From assembly GCA_973895155.1 (NCBI GenBank), contig OZ316899.1, positions 16,395,974 to 16,459,973 of the forward strand: a DNA stretch of 64,000 nt, written 5' to 3'. The translations under genes were made by a program, and so were the position numbers. Source of the DNA: Marsupella aquatica. Taxonomy: Eukaryota > Plantae > Marchantiophyta. Positions 37,329-49,658 of this stretch are shown piece after piece (within the stretch, counting starts at the first letter, position 1; each line of letters opens with the position of its first letter). The notes beneath the pieces are model-generated. The model saw nothing but the letters and a program-made list of their open reading frames with translations. It made no database searches and was not told where the DNA came from.

Positions 37329-40300
37329 ATGGATGATTCTGATTTGTTTGCTGTGGAGGACTTCGGAGAGACGTCGCTGATTGTTTATGATGTGATCTCC
37401 AAACACATTATGTCATTTGGAAAAGATTTCCGAGGACATGCCAAGGATTCCAATGTGCCGACTACTTCATATGGAAGTAGTGCGGACATTACGGAAGGGA
37501 AGTCTTTTGACAGAGAAGCTGAAAGACTCCTTTCAGAGCACAGGATACAATTCTAAGATCGGCATGCTATTTTACGTCCAACCAACAGATTCCAATGGTG
37601 AAGTCCAGATCTGCACGCCAGAGATTTGTGCTTCCTGGGATGCAATTTGGGTTGCAGAGAATGAAAAGTTTGAGGCGGAATGCGCTACCAACCCTGACTT
37701 CTCCGTCCTGCAGGATAAGATGTTTTCTGTGTTTGATGGAAACCATTGACTCTACACATGGTCCATCGTCACAAAGGAGAATCCGGATGATGTGAAATAC
37801 CATCCTCGCGTCCAGTGCACAATATTCAAGGGAGAAAAGGGGTCCTTGATCGAGATTGAGGTGGCGATGCACACTGTTAACCAGTAAGTGTCTCTTCCAA
37901 TATATTTCCATTCTAATCTATGATCAAGTGTTTCACTAGCGCCGGGCGCTACTGACTCCCTCTCTCGTTTTCAGGCTTGGGCAGGCAGTGGTCGAACCCT
38001 CTTGGATACTTGATGTAGACCGTATCAATCAAATTCTCTCGAATGAACTCGATTACTACAAGTCTATCATTGACGCTGCAAACTTCAAGAAGTTTGGGCA
38101 GATCATGTAGAAAACACGAAAGGGATCGTGGTATACAAAAAAAATGCCTCAAGAAGCGCTTCTATACATCTTGTGTGAGAATAAGATCAAGTCTTATTCT
38201 AGACAGTTTAAGATGGATCTGGAACATGCTGCCGCTCAGGGTACACCTTGGTCTCCCGCAAAGATTTCAAAAAGACATGCAGCGATGATGAAGGAGGCAA
38301 CAAAGGATTGGGCGATAAAGGTGTCAAAAATCACTCCTCTGTTAAGCCCCGCTTTTGAGGATTTCATGCGGACATGTGCTGAGATGTACCCCCTCACAGA
38401 GAAGAATAAGAGAGATAAGAAGCCGGATGCAGTTGTCTGTACAATGGATCGAGCAAGATTGTTTACCGCTGTCTCTGCCCTTAACCCCAAGCTGAGGAGT
38501 ACCCTTCTGGTTGCCCATTGTACACCGGAGCTGAGGAAACAATTCTTCCATCCACAGAGCGTTAATGACGATCCAATGAAGCAATGGTGCCATACTTGAC
38601 AAACTTGGAACACTGTGGAGGGAATCGCTATTGGTTTGCTGCAAACCTCCCTATGCCAGGTCAGTGATATAGTCCCCGCCAATCGGTTGCAGGAGTGGGA
38701 GTGTGACTCAATTGAATCGCTTATTGAAATAGTCTCAAATGACTTCAAGAAATTCGGGGACGCTGTGAAAGGCAAGTTTTTTAATACAATGTGGCCTTCC
38801 AAGTATCCCGACAAGGCTGACTACACCCTCAAGAATCAGAAGAGGGCCAAACAATACCTGTACCGTTTCTTCATGCATATGGAGATTGTGAAGCCAGATT
38901 ACTTTTGGGCATACCCTGCTGCTTTCCAAAAGTGGATCGTTGTTCCCGAAGGAGACATACTGGCCGACATGTATTCAATGTATCCCGCTGAAGGGTGTCT
39001 TCCACCAAGGAAACTGTCAGAATGGGAGAGAATTCATTGTCCTTGGTATTTGGACACCGATAGATGGGACTCTCCATTCGAAGACATTGAGAAAGACGCA
39101 TTTCATAAGCTTTCAAAGTCTCAGGTCCCTCCCAAGTTTGTGTCCGACATGAAGCAGGGAATCGAAGGTGATGTGATCAAGTCGGCGGCAGAATTGCAAT
39201 CGGTGTGCGAAACTAGGGTTGTTCATGTTGATCAAAGTCGCAAACCCAGAGCCAAAACAAAACCGAAGGTGCGGCACCGAGTACCTCAACGCGGTCCGCC
39301 AAAAAACGTAAGTTGTCATTCAGCTTGTAGCTTCACATTTTGGTTAGCGCCAGGCGCTGCTATATGACTATGTCTATTGGTTTGTTTTTTCAATTGGTTT
39401 GGACAGCGCCTGGCGCTATTATTCAACATTGAATAAATTCTGCTCTTTTTCCTTTAGGTGGGAGAAAGTCTGACGCTGCAACCGACGAAACAAAAGTAGA
39501 TGCCACTCCGGAGCCTTCCAAAGCCAAGACCGATGCCCAGTCAGACCCAGTAACTCCAATTGACAAAGCGAAAGAGATCGTCCCTCTTGATGCAGCCAGT
39601 ACAAAGAAGAAGAAGAAAAGGGCAATTCAAGCAGGAGAATCTTCCCGAGATGATGTCGCTGGAACTGGTGTTCAGAAAGATGTGGGAACCTTCAAGAGCA
39701 AATCTTCTAGGCATTGCATGGTGGAAACAAGTATCCAAGAATTTATTGATATTGCTTTCAACAAAGCAGCGAAACCAGATTGGGTGGCTGATGCACAGAA
39801 ATGGGGAGAGGACTTAATCAAGTTGGGTTCCCGAGTAAAGGGAGTAATCAGAGGAGGAAAAGAAAGATCATTTGGTGTCAATGCAGGATTCATGTATCTT
39901 CCTACTGGACTTAAACCTACGCTCATGGACCGTCGGGTTCCAAAGTGGAATGTACCAGACCACACAGTTCCCAGTTCTTTCTTCAAAGCAATGGACCCTT
40001 TCCTTTCTGATGATGGCATGCATGCGATCTTGTATTTAGATGACCATGACCAGGTTTCGCAGGTCATTTCAGCATGCCAGCAGTCAAAACAATTCCATTG
40101 TGTCAATTCTCACAATGTCGTCATGTCTATGCCCATGTACAGAGCAAAGACCGATATTCAGGTACAGATCGTTGCATCTCTTGTTTATTGTTAGCGCCCG
40201 GCGCTAATTTAGTCTTTGCTGTAGTTCTCAAAACATTACCCATCGATTGATAATTTGAGCCAAATGTGTGCGATGCGTGCAGGTATTTACCTTAGGCTAG

Positions 40301-40836
40301 ACATATTTTGTCGGACTTCTTCAAAAGGAAAGGTACCAAAGGATCCAAGGTTGAAGCCTCTATCAATAAGTGAAGATCCTTCGATCTCTAACTTGATTGG
40401 GCTCCCAACCTTGAAGACAGATCATTGCCCGGAGTTGGATTTTGCTGGGAATGTCTGTCTTTTGGTTGGTTTTATGCAGTCAATGATAGAGCTTTTTACT
40501 CTTCCTGGAGATATTGTCCTTGACTGGACTGTAGGTTCAGGAAGCACATTCATTGCTGGTGATTTTTCTGGTCATTTTGTGATTGGGTTGGAAAATAGGC
40601 GTGAGTTTGTTGAGACTGCATCAAGGGTTTTCTTAGAACTTCTTGATCCCAGGCATGTTCCGATATTGCCTCCTCCCGCAACCAATTTAAGTGGTTGCAA
40701 AAAGAAAGATAGGCTCCGATCTGTTCTCAATTTTGATTTCGACGAAGAGGAAGGTACCTCTGGAGACGTCAGAGATGACACAGAGAAAACACAGGAGGAA
40801 GATTCTTCGGAGAAGAGCAAAGACTCAGACGAGTAA
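37329..40836 (+). pseudogene. ParB-like/MTase-like fusion, copy 2
   Basis: Homologous exons; DGNH* (CGA>TGA at ~37747); PGDIVLDWTVGSGST retained. Confidence 0.8.
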
Positions 40837-42039
40837 TGTTCTTCCAGTAAGCTTCTTTATCCTTTCAAGTGTTGTTGACAATTCTAGGTTCTTGCTCTCT
40901 TATCTCCTAAACTCATATGTTTTTCCGTTTTACTGGATCAGGTCAGAATGGAATCTGAGGAAGCGTTTCCAACTCCGGAGGAGCCTAGCTAGGAATGTAA
41001 TTGTCACTCCTGAGAAGCCGTTTGTTTTGCCCTCATACGCTGAAAATGCCGCTAGGAGGGTTGACAAAATTAGAACTCTTTGTTGGGAAACAAAAGGTCT
41101 ACGTCTTCAGAGGGGAGCAGACAAGAAGTTCATGAGGAACCCTTATATAGATGATGTTTCCCAAAGCAAGTACATTGATGACGAAGCCGAGTCCACGGAC
41201 AGATTTGAAAGCTCCGCATCAAAAACATCTGGCAGTTTATAGGTAGAAATGGGGTTTTCTTCAAATACGTCATTTAATGTTTCAATATGTAACCATTTCG
41301 ATGAATTGGCTGATTTTAAGCCCTTTCAACTTTTACTAGCGCCAGGCGCTCCTCAAACATACTGTCACTATTATATTTTTATTTCAGATTCTTGAAGTTT
41401 GAGTTGTGAAGACGTGTTCTTAGGTGCAATATTGGCTAGCGTCGGGCGCTTCCCAATTTTCTAAAGGTTCTTGGGTGTGGATTCTTTCCGGGCTGTGGTT
41501 GCATGAATGTTTTGTTTTCCGTCTGATTTTGTGGTATTAGGTGAACTGGTAGGAATAGTCATGGATCTTTGCAGCTAGATGTCTTCTGGAAAGACCCTGA
41601 TCGGGAGGAGGCTGGAATAGATGATGGTTGTCAACTGGGATTACTGTAGTAGCACCAGGCGCTACTAAAAGGTTTTGGTTAATTATAATTGACTTAAATA
41701 GCGTTCCAAGATCGAACATTTCATAACCCCCTTCATTAAATATCCTCCGAGAGTGCAATTGGTACAAATTATAGACTCTTCATAGCGCCCGACGCTAGCA
41801 ATAATCATGGAGAGTTCCTACCGGTACGAGTTTTGTTATATTTACTCCTATTTGTTTTTTTGGTGTCTTTTAAAAAAACCTCACCTTCGGCGCTATTTTT
41901 ACCAGCGCCGGGTGCTACCAGAAAAAAATTTCAAAAGTTTCAGACTAGAATTTTCCTGTTACCAGTCTTTTTCCCTGTTACCAATTGTTATGAATGCCTG
42001 TTTCCTGTTTTCCTGCCTTTTGTAAACACCTCCATACAG

Positions 42040-42290
42040 GTTATCACAGCATGTACAAGGAATATCGTGATACCACGTTGAACGAAGCTGTAGAGCAGAT
42101 GTATGATGAGATGGCTAGTTCTCATAGAGTTCGGTTCCCTTGCATCCAGATCATCAAGACTGCGACAATCCTTGTCTCTCTATGCAAGCAAGAAAATACC
42201 AAGAAGTTCCATGATTCAAAGATCAAGTTCCCCTTCACGTACCGCAAGATTCGACCTCCATCGCAAAAGCTAAAGACAACTTACAAGGCA
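42040..42290 (+). pseudogene. RPL18A: Captured RPL18a fragment, 3' part
   Basis: [42 protein letters not shown]...KIKFP...[13 protein letters not shown]. Confidence 0.9.
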
Positions 42291-44005
42291 AGAAACAAAG
42301 TCAATCATGTGTGGATAAACTACACATGGGCAGTTCCCCTGAAGAAGCATCACTTGCTAACATTGTCACTCGGACCACAAGGAGTTTATTACCTCAATGT
42401 CTTCAGCCTCAATGTTATCATCTTGATAGTTAGACATCATTGCTTACAGGTTCTGCCATAAACCTTACTCCAAGTGTTTGGAGAACATGGTTCTTGTACT
42501 ATTTACCCAAGTGATTGTTTTTGTACAACTTGTCAGCCCACAATTGACCCCAGACAATGGTCATCTTAGCAATGGTCACTAGCAGCATGGACAAATTTAT
42601 ATAAAATCATCTTTCAGAAAGTGGGCCAATCTAATTTGGTAACGTTCAGTACACACTGCCTCAAACCCCATTCTTGTATTATCTTAGGCACGCAAATGGT
42701 GTGATGTTGTTGGAGGAAAGCGGAGAAAGCCCGTCCTGCAAAGAGAAACATGACCTAAAACCTTGCATCTCATTCCTGTATTATCTTCACAATAGAATGT
42801 TTGAAAAATGCAAGCGGAGGTGCAAGAATTCAACTATGAGTGAGATACTGGAATCCTTACTCACCTTAAACCTTACTCCGAGAGACCCAAGAAATGGCTT
42901 CAATCTTTTGTTCTGTGCTGCAGCCAAATGTGTAATTCATTAGCAGGAATCGTTGGGAATCATATACATGTGTATCTTGTACATCATTCATTTCCTCATT
43001 ATTAATTTTCCCCAGCTCAAATATTGGACTGCCATTTAGTTTCTTTAAGCCTGTGCAAATGAATGAGCTCTGAAGACGAAAAACATTCTCGCTTACACTG
43101 AAACAGAGTCCACAAACTCTGTACCCAACCGTTGTTGGAGGAGCTCAAATGAGCTATGTATACAATGCAAATGCCTGCGCAAATAGTTTAAATTGAACTT
43201 ACCTCACTCACTATCGCAAAACTGTTGTCCCTTTGCACACTCCCTGGTTGGTCGTAGTTTGCAGCTTAGTAGCTCAGGAATGCCATAGTTGTTCCCGAGG
43301 AGTGCCGTCCAAAGCAAATGCAATGTCCGTGTACGTTGCAACTCAAACTCACAAAGTTGAGCTCAATCTTCACCTCAAAGCCTTGCAGTTGAACTCCAAT
43401 TTCTCCAAGCCTGGAGCCCACTCTTGTTCTTTCAACAACACAACCTCTTCCTTCCCGCTGCCTTAAGAAATTGAAGAAATGCTGCAAACACAAGTCCGCA
43501 TTATCACTCCCAAGTCTAGTGGAGATTCAAAGATTATTGTCACAATGTCGAGTTACAAAGATTGCATAAACACCAATAGCTTGCATAAACACAATGACTG
43601 TAGCTCATCAGCAGCTTGAAGCTTGTAGATTTTACCTCGTTGCCTGAGAAAAATGTCTGCATCACCTGAACAGAGCTACGACATTTCACCTCTCGCCTCC
43701 AAAGATGAGCGCAACACAACCTCCAACTCCTCCCCACTGACGGTCGTAGCTCCCGGTCAAACCTTAACGACAAAGGGATACCTGGGAGCGCTTGCGATTA
43801 GTAGATCAATCACTCTTCCCCGAGCATGTAATGAAGAGCACAAATGTCCCCTTTGATCGGCCACTCATTGACTTGAGCTCACTGTCACTCAATGTGGACG
43901 ATGTCAACAACATAAATGGTTAAGCTTCTCAGGACACAATCAATGAATCCTCATTCTCCTGCAAGTGGAGAATGAGTTTAAAGACAACAAGAGGCCATAA
44001 CATTG

Positions 44006-47000
44006 TGTGACGCCGCCGGTACGGCGGTTAATGAGTGATTCAGTCTAACTGCGCTCGGCACGCGCGTTAGGTGGGTCTTAGGCCGCTATTATTAGCATAA
44101 CGACAGTATTTAGGTAATCATTAGGGGTAGGACATCATTAGGAAATAAGGGGGACTTCAGGTTCGGGCTGGCGGCGGGTCGCTATTCGCACACCCGGGTT
44201 ACGAGCGTGGAGGGGCCCCTCCCTCGGGTCCGTATAACGAACTTAAGGAAGCGGCCACTGACGCACGCTGACTCAGACCGGCGGAGTGGCCGGTACACCA
44301 CAAGCGTGAGTGGTTCAACCTATGGGCGTCGAGGAGACGTCGGGGATCGACAAGCCCTCAAAGTATAAAAGGGGAGCCAACCCTTTGTAGTGCACCAGTC
44401 CATCAGTCCACGCGCCAGCTTCGACCCCAGCTCTCTCGTTCTCTCTAGGTCGCCACTACTATCTCCTCTGAATGTCGCACACGATCCTCTCCAGCTCGGC
44501 CATTCGATTCTGGACGCAGTTCCTATCTACCGGAAGGCACTTGGCCGATTCATTGAAACACGCCAACCCGCGCCGATACGAGATCGAACGCGAATACGAG
44601 AGAGCCATCCGCCTAGCAGGACGACACCACTACGTCCTTAACTTTGACTACCCATCTCAGAGCGAGCTTTACCGACCAGCTGAGGTATCTGGGTACTTCT
44701 TCAACGGAGACAAATATATCGGGTTCTGGGAAGCATTGCTTCGGCTTCCGAACGAGGTCTTCAATATCCCGGGTACAATCGACCTGCAGCGACATCACTT
44801 CGACCACATCCCTGCCCAGGTTCGGGCTGTCATTAACGGCGAGTCCAGTACCAACCGTTCGACAAGGGCGTCCGCACTCGCTTCGGAGAACTTCTACCAG
44901 CACCTGCAGAGCTTCATGGGAACTCGGCCATCAACCAACATGACCAACTCAGCCGGACCCGTACCCGTACCCGTGCCCATGCAACCTCAGCTTCAGCCTC
45001 AGCCTCAGCCGCAGCCTAGCCAAACCCCACCACCTATCACCCAGCCAGCACAGGTACGCTCCGTCATCAACGCTGTGGATCTTAGCGATGACGACGAGGC
45101 TACCCCACCCTTGACCAGGCGGCCCAGAGGAACAAGCGCGTGGGGGGCCGACACTATATCGTCCCCACCCCCTGCTCTGACCCCAGGAGCGGCCCCAGCA
45201 GACAACATGGTGACCGTGGCCGCCCCGGGCCCGTTACCAACCGCAGTGGCACTCCCCAGGCCCGATCGGGAGGATGGGGAAGTATCACCTTCCCCGAGTC
45301 AGTCACGGGGAAAGAAGAGGAAGGAATCCGCCACTGCATCCGGGTTACCGTTGGCCACGGTAGCCGTAGCCAAGGTGACGATGCATCGCATGGGGGAAAA
45401 CGTTCACAGCAACATCCTCCATCCCAAGCATGCGGTGTACCTGAAGACTCTGGGATTTGAGCACCTCGCCTCTCTCCCCTGGAACACTTGCAGGTACTAC
45501 GGGGAGGACATGATAGAATTTGTCAAGAATTATGACGACGTACGTCAACAGACTCGGCTGCGGGGAAGGAATATGTCCCTCACAGAAGAACGGCTCAAGA
45601 TGATCTTCGGGTTACCCGAAGGTGATCATCGAGTCGAATCACGGGCTCCCGGGGGCAAGGGGGCCAAGTACCAATCTTCAAGTTTTCCCTCAGAGGGATC
45701 AGTAGACAACGGGTTCGTGATGAGGACCTGCCTCATGCCCGAGATAGCTGAGCGGCTGGAGTTCCAGAGGTACGCTCTCCACATGATGGAACCCCGGGGG
45801 GAGATCTCCGCCGCCCAGGTTATCCAGGTCGAGAACTATCGACCTAGGAAATGGGCGTCGTACTTCGCTAAGAAATTCCATGAAGAGATGGAGCGGCGAA
45901 GGAAGACGCTGTACATTGGCGGGAAGGCGTATTTCGCTAGCCACATCGAAATCATTCTTGAGTGGTACGCCCGGTTTGATCGACGAACCCTTCCCCGCAT
46001 CAACGTTACAAAGCTGGTCCCAGCTAGGTGGGTTTTTCCGGCATTGGAGAGACGGCCCCAACCCGAGGCCCGAAGTCCAGTGGACACGCCAGCTTCACCC
46101 ACCCCACCTCCACAAATAGCTGTAATCGTACCCGAGGAGGCGCCGGAGGGGTCGGTCGTCGCAACCGTTGATGCGACCCAACTAGCCGGGCTAAGTACAG
46201 AAGTTGGTACGGCAGAGGTCTTACCCGAACCCGGGTCTCCCAAGGACCCGCCGGTGGCAATTCCGGAGAACCGGACATCGCTGCAGGAGGACACTCCAGC
46301 CCCTTCCAACGTTATGTCCCCAGGGCTGGACGTCACTGCCCCGGCCCCTGCGCGTGTTGATGTCTGCCCGTGCCCAAATCCGGACAGGCACAACTTGGAC
46401 CACCCGGAACTCTTCGTACAGGGTATGTTTCTGAACGGGCTTCTGGGAGATTTCTCTCATCAAATTGCTCGGGATACCGGGGAGTTCATGGCCCGGAAGG
46501 TAGCCTGTTTCTTCAATCAGGAGTTGGTTGCCGCCGTAAAGGCAGGTCGGGCCCAGTCGGAGGCCCTTCAGAGGATAGAGCGGTACCGGGTGGAGTCCGT
46601 GTACCTAAAGAATGAAGTGGCGGCTCAAGAGGCTGAGCTTCTGCAACTACGACCCAAGGTTGCAGCCGCCGATGAGTTGTTAGCAAAGGCGTACGCTCTT
46701 ACCGCCCTAGCCGAACAGGCCAAAGCTGGGAACGAGGCCGAGATTACACGACTCCGGAACCAGATTGACAGTTTGAAGAAACAAGCTGTCACCTGGCAGA
46801 AAGACCTGGAGGAGGCCGAGGAGCGAGCCCAGCGGGACGCGACGGAGATAGCCACGCTGCAGGCCGAGATGGCGCGGCTCCAAACCGAGGCCAAGAAGCA
46901 GGACCAGCTGGCGAGTAAACTGACGAGCGACGCCCAGCAGCTGGAGGAGGCATGTCAGGAGGCAGCAGAGGAGACGGACGCGGCGAGGCGAGAGAACGAA

Positions 47001-48005
47001 TCTCTACTGGACCAGGTCCAGCTCCTCAAGGCGGACAATGACAGGCTTCGAAGGTAGCGGGATGGCCGTTCCCATTCGGGCGGCTCTGGCAAGCGTGCCA
47101 GGCATTAGCGGCGGAGTAGGAATAGATTAGGATTAGGATTGGCTTAGTCAGGCTCTTGGGACAGGCACCTGCCTTAGGTACAGCAGCGCTGCCCTGCTGT
47201 CCAGCCTGCGTAAATTAGGATCTTCTAATAAGACACAGCCGTTTTCCGGCCTGACTGTCAGCTTAGTTAGGACCTTAGTCAGCGAATCTTCAGCGTGAGG
47301 ACACCCCGTTCCTCGGCTCTTAGTATTTAGTGCACCCCTCGGTAGAGGCAGGGGGGTTTTTAGTTTCAGAGTCGGACATCCGCGGGACATGCGGGGAGTC
47401 CCGACCTCTGGGAATGACAGAGTACCAAGGGGAGGGGGTAGGACTAAGCTCGCTGGGCGAGTGCGGAGCCGGGCTCCGTTGTAGTGTGCACCCTTGGCCT
47501 TGAACCTGTGCATTCCAGGGCTGTCGTGTCAACTAAGTGTACGCATATGTTCCCTTTGTAGTAAAATCCTTTCCCATCATTTTTCCTTCGTGTAAATCGA
47601 GATTGTATGCATGTGTGCGCATATGTGTGTGGGTTTCTCGTATATGGGTGGCAGCGCCGGGCCGAACGCACTACCCGAGATGTGCACAGGGTGCAGCCTG
47701 CGGGTAAGTGGTTGCGAGCACGAGTTGAGGACCTGTATCATCGAATCCGGATCGAAGGCGGACAGCACGAAGGCTTAGAAGCCCTTAAGCCGGGGTCGAT
47801 CCTGCTATCGACTAAGGTACGTTCCGGCGGCGGAACACAAACCATACCTAGGAGGTGTCCGTATTTAGCAGTATGCGCACTTAGCGCTAGTTTACGAGAA
47901 TAAGGTGCATTATGTGCTTCCCTTCCTGCCCGAACCCTCAGATTTACGAGGGATGTGCCCGTCTAAGCTGAAGTCTGAGTTAAGGCCGAAGCCTACGACG
48001 TGACA
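44006..48005 (+). mobile_element. 4.0-kb LTR-type insertion, apparently a solo LTR
   Basis: TGTGACG...CGTGACA termini; 5-bp TSD CATTG at 44001-44005 and 48006-48010; no internal direct repeats, PBS, gag or pol seen. Confidence 0.8.
44472..47057 (+). CDS. 861-aa intact ORF: Pro-rich linkers, plant-transposon-protein-like central domain, C-terminal coiled coil
   Basis: Uninterrupted ORF; TATAAAA at ~44364; EFVKNYD...LRGRNMSLTEERLKMIFGLP; heptad-rich C-terminus. Confidence 0.75.
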   Translation: MSHTILSSSAIRFWTQFLSTGRHLADSLKHANPRRYEIEREYERAIRLAGRHHYVLNFDYPSQSELYRPAEVSGYFFNGDKYIGFWEALLRLPNEVFNIPGTIDLQRHHFDHIPAQVRAVINGESSTNRSTRASALASENFYQHLQSFMGTRPSTNMTNSAGPVPVPVPMQPQLQPQPQPQPSQTPPPITQPAQVRSVINAVDLSDDDEATPPLTRRPRGTSAWGADTISSPPPALTPGAAPADNMVTVAAPGPLPTAVALPRPDREDGEVSPSPSQSRGKKRKESATASGLPLATVAVAKVTMHRMGENVHSNILHPKHAVYLKTLGFEHLASLPWNTCRYYGEDMIEFVKNYDDVRQQTRLRGRNMSLTEERLKMIFGLPEGDHRVESRAPGGKGAKYQSSSFPSEGSVDNGFVMRTCLMPEIAERLEFQRYALHMMEPRGEISAAQVIQVENYRPRKWASYFAKKFHEEMERRRKTLYIGGKAYFASHIEIILEWYARFDRRTLPRINVTKLVPARWVFPALERRPQPEARSPVDTPASPTPPPQIAVIVPEEAPEGSVVATVDATQLAGLSTEVGTAEVLPEPGSPKDPPVAIPENRTSLQEDTPAPSNVMSPGLDVTAPAPARVDVCPCPNPDRHNLDHPELFVQGMFLNGLLGDFSHQIARDTGEFMARKVACFFNQELVAAVKAGRAQSEALQRIERYRVESVYLKNEVAAQEAELLQLRPKVAAADELLAKAYALTALAEQAKAGNEAEITRLRNQIDSLKKQAVTWQKDLEEAEERAQRDATEIATLQAEMARLQTEAKKQDQLASKLTSDAQQLEEACQEAAEETDAARRENESLLDQVQLLKADNDRLRR

Positions 48006-49658
48006 CATTGCCTCCACCTACAATGTATGTCATTATTGAGGTGGACTTACCAAATGTGAACTCCAATCTCTGCCCGCAAGAACAACTCCTTGCGACTCTT
48101 TCGCGCGTCCACAGACTGTCTTACTGACAGTGCCAATGCAAAAAAGGGCCCGGTTGCTGTTGCAACCACGATGATCCACCTCACGCTAGATAGTTGGCCT
48201 TCAAGATCACTCCCCACTTTTGTGCAGCTCCTCAGTTCTACGTCACAGCTCCCCGGTCCTCCATAGCCCCTTGTCCACGGCAGTGCTGCAACAAAATAAG
48301 CTCTTGGTCGTAGCTCCTCAGTTATCGGTCACAGCTGCAACAACATAAGCTCATAGTAACCCGGCCTAAACCCACAACTCAGTCCTCCGATGACAAAATA
48401 CCTAAACCTTGGCCCAAATGCAAGCTCCCGATAGTATTCAGACCTTGCAGCATTCAACTGGAAGCGCACAATGGAGAAGAGCTTGAAGGTTGCACACCTG
48501 ACAAAATCAATCACAAATTGATCTACGAGCTGGATATTGGAGTCTGCGTCTTGCGTCCAAGGCTTCCGATCATCTGCTCTGGTCCAAAGCTCCCAAAAGT
48601 ATAGAGGGCAGATGTACACTCAAGCACGACAAGTGGGAGTGAAGTCCGTAAGCTCCTCGCCCTAAACCCTTCACAAAACCTTCAGGCACGACGGTTGTTG
48701 GTAAGCACAATGGACATCCAAGTTTTTCCTTGACAAAAACCTCTGAGTTCCCGCGCACCTTCAACTCCCATTTGCACTCTGCTGGCGTGTTTCCTGTTGA
48801 AAAACCCGCGCACCCTAAACTCGTATCCAAAGGCACACTCACGCACAATGCATACCTTAACACTTAGTGAGAGAACTGAACCCAGTGACACTCGACCACT
48901 TTGTGTTGACATGAGCCGTAAACCCTAAAGCAAATTTGACACAACACAATATGAGCAAGGATTAAATGAACGCATAGGGCTAGGATTAACATTACAATAG
49001 CCTTGTTGTATGTTCATTAATTAAGAGCATAAATGATGAGCCTAAAAGTAAATACTATCTAAGATCAAGCCTTCTTCATATGCATATATATGTATAGCAT
49101 GCAAAAATACAATAGGTGGACATCCAATGTTCTATGGCTGGTATAGAGGGTAGGACAAGTGGTAAAGATGGGGAAAATTAGATTGACTACAAAAAGCATT
49201 AAGTTAGGTTAATAGCAAGGTTTGACAAAGCTGGCCTTTTTTTGTTTGAATGGGGCTGGGGCTTCATTGTGTCTAAATGGGGCCAGGAGTAATTATGGGT
49301 TAAAATGGTATGACTAAACTATTATTAAATTGATGTGGAATGACATATAGTGTATCCAAAATCATATGTATATGGTCGCAGATCCCATACTTTAAGGTTT
49401 AAGGGTTCAAATGTAGTGGTCTCATAAGTTGCACTCTAATGTAGAGTCACTTGTATAACTTCACCCTAATTGCCTTAACTGAGTTATAGTTGCAACTTAC
49501 CTAAAAGTTGTAAACATGACTCGGCAAAACTTCACTAGAACTCAGTCAAGAAGGTGTGACTAACATGACACCAACAACCTTGGAGTCGCTATTTCATGAA
49601 GGTCTTGGACAAGTCACACATCTCCAGGTCTCAAATTACGGGTGGATTTCTTCTAGTG

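Larger units (their letters stand above)
31711..42032. mobile_element. Mutator-like element copy 2 (10,322 bp)
   Basis: Same termini as copy 1; TSD CATACAG at 31704-31710 and 42033-42039; colinear with copy 1 throughout. Confidence 0.92.
12736..49658 (-). mobile_element. CACTA (En/Spm) element copy A, truncated at its gene-3' end, with multiple nested insertions
   Basis: Terminus ...GGATTTCTTCTAGTG at 49658 (reverse complement CACTAGAAGAAATCC) matches CACTAGAAGAATCC at 55011. GTGAC/GTCAC subterminal motifs at 49440-49620. Colinear with copy B over 12736-16341 and 26623-26790. Confidence 0.75.

Noticed and set aside
16342-42032. Segmental duplication or assembly artefact explaining the two 10-kb copies
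   Set aside because: Different TSDs and flanks and many substitutions/indels show independent insertions.
42950-48620. Possible kelch-repeat pseudogene around the solo LTR (YFVIGG, LIFGG, YIVGG on the minus strand)
   Set aside because: Too degenerate to support by eye.
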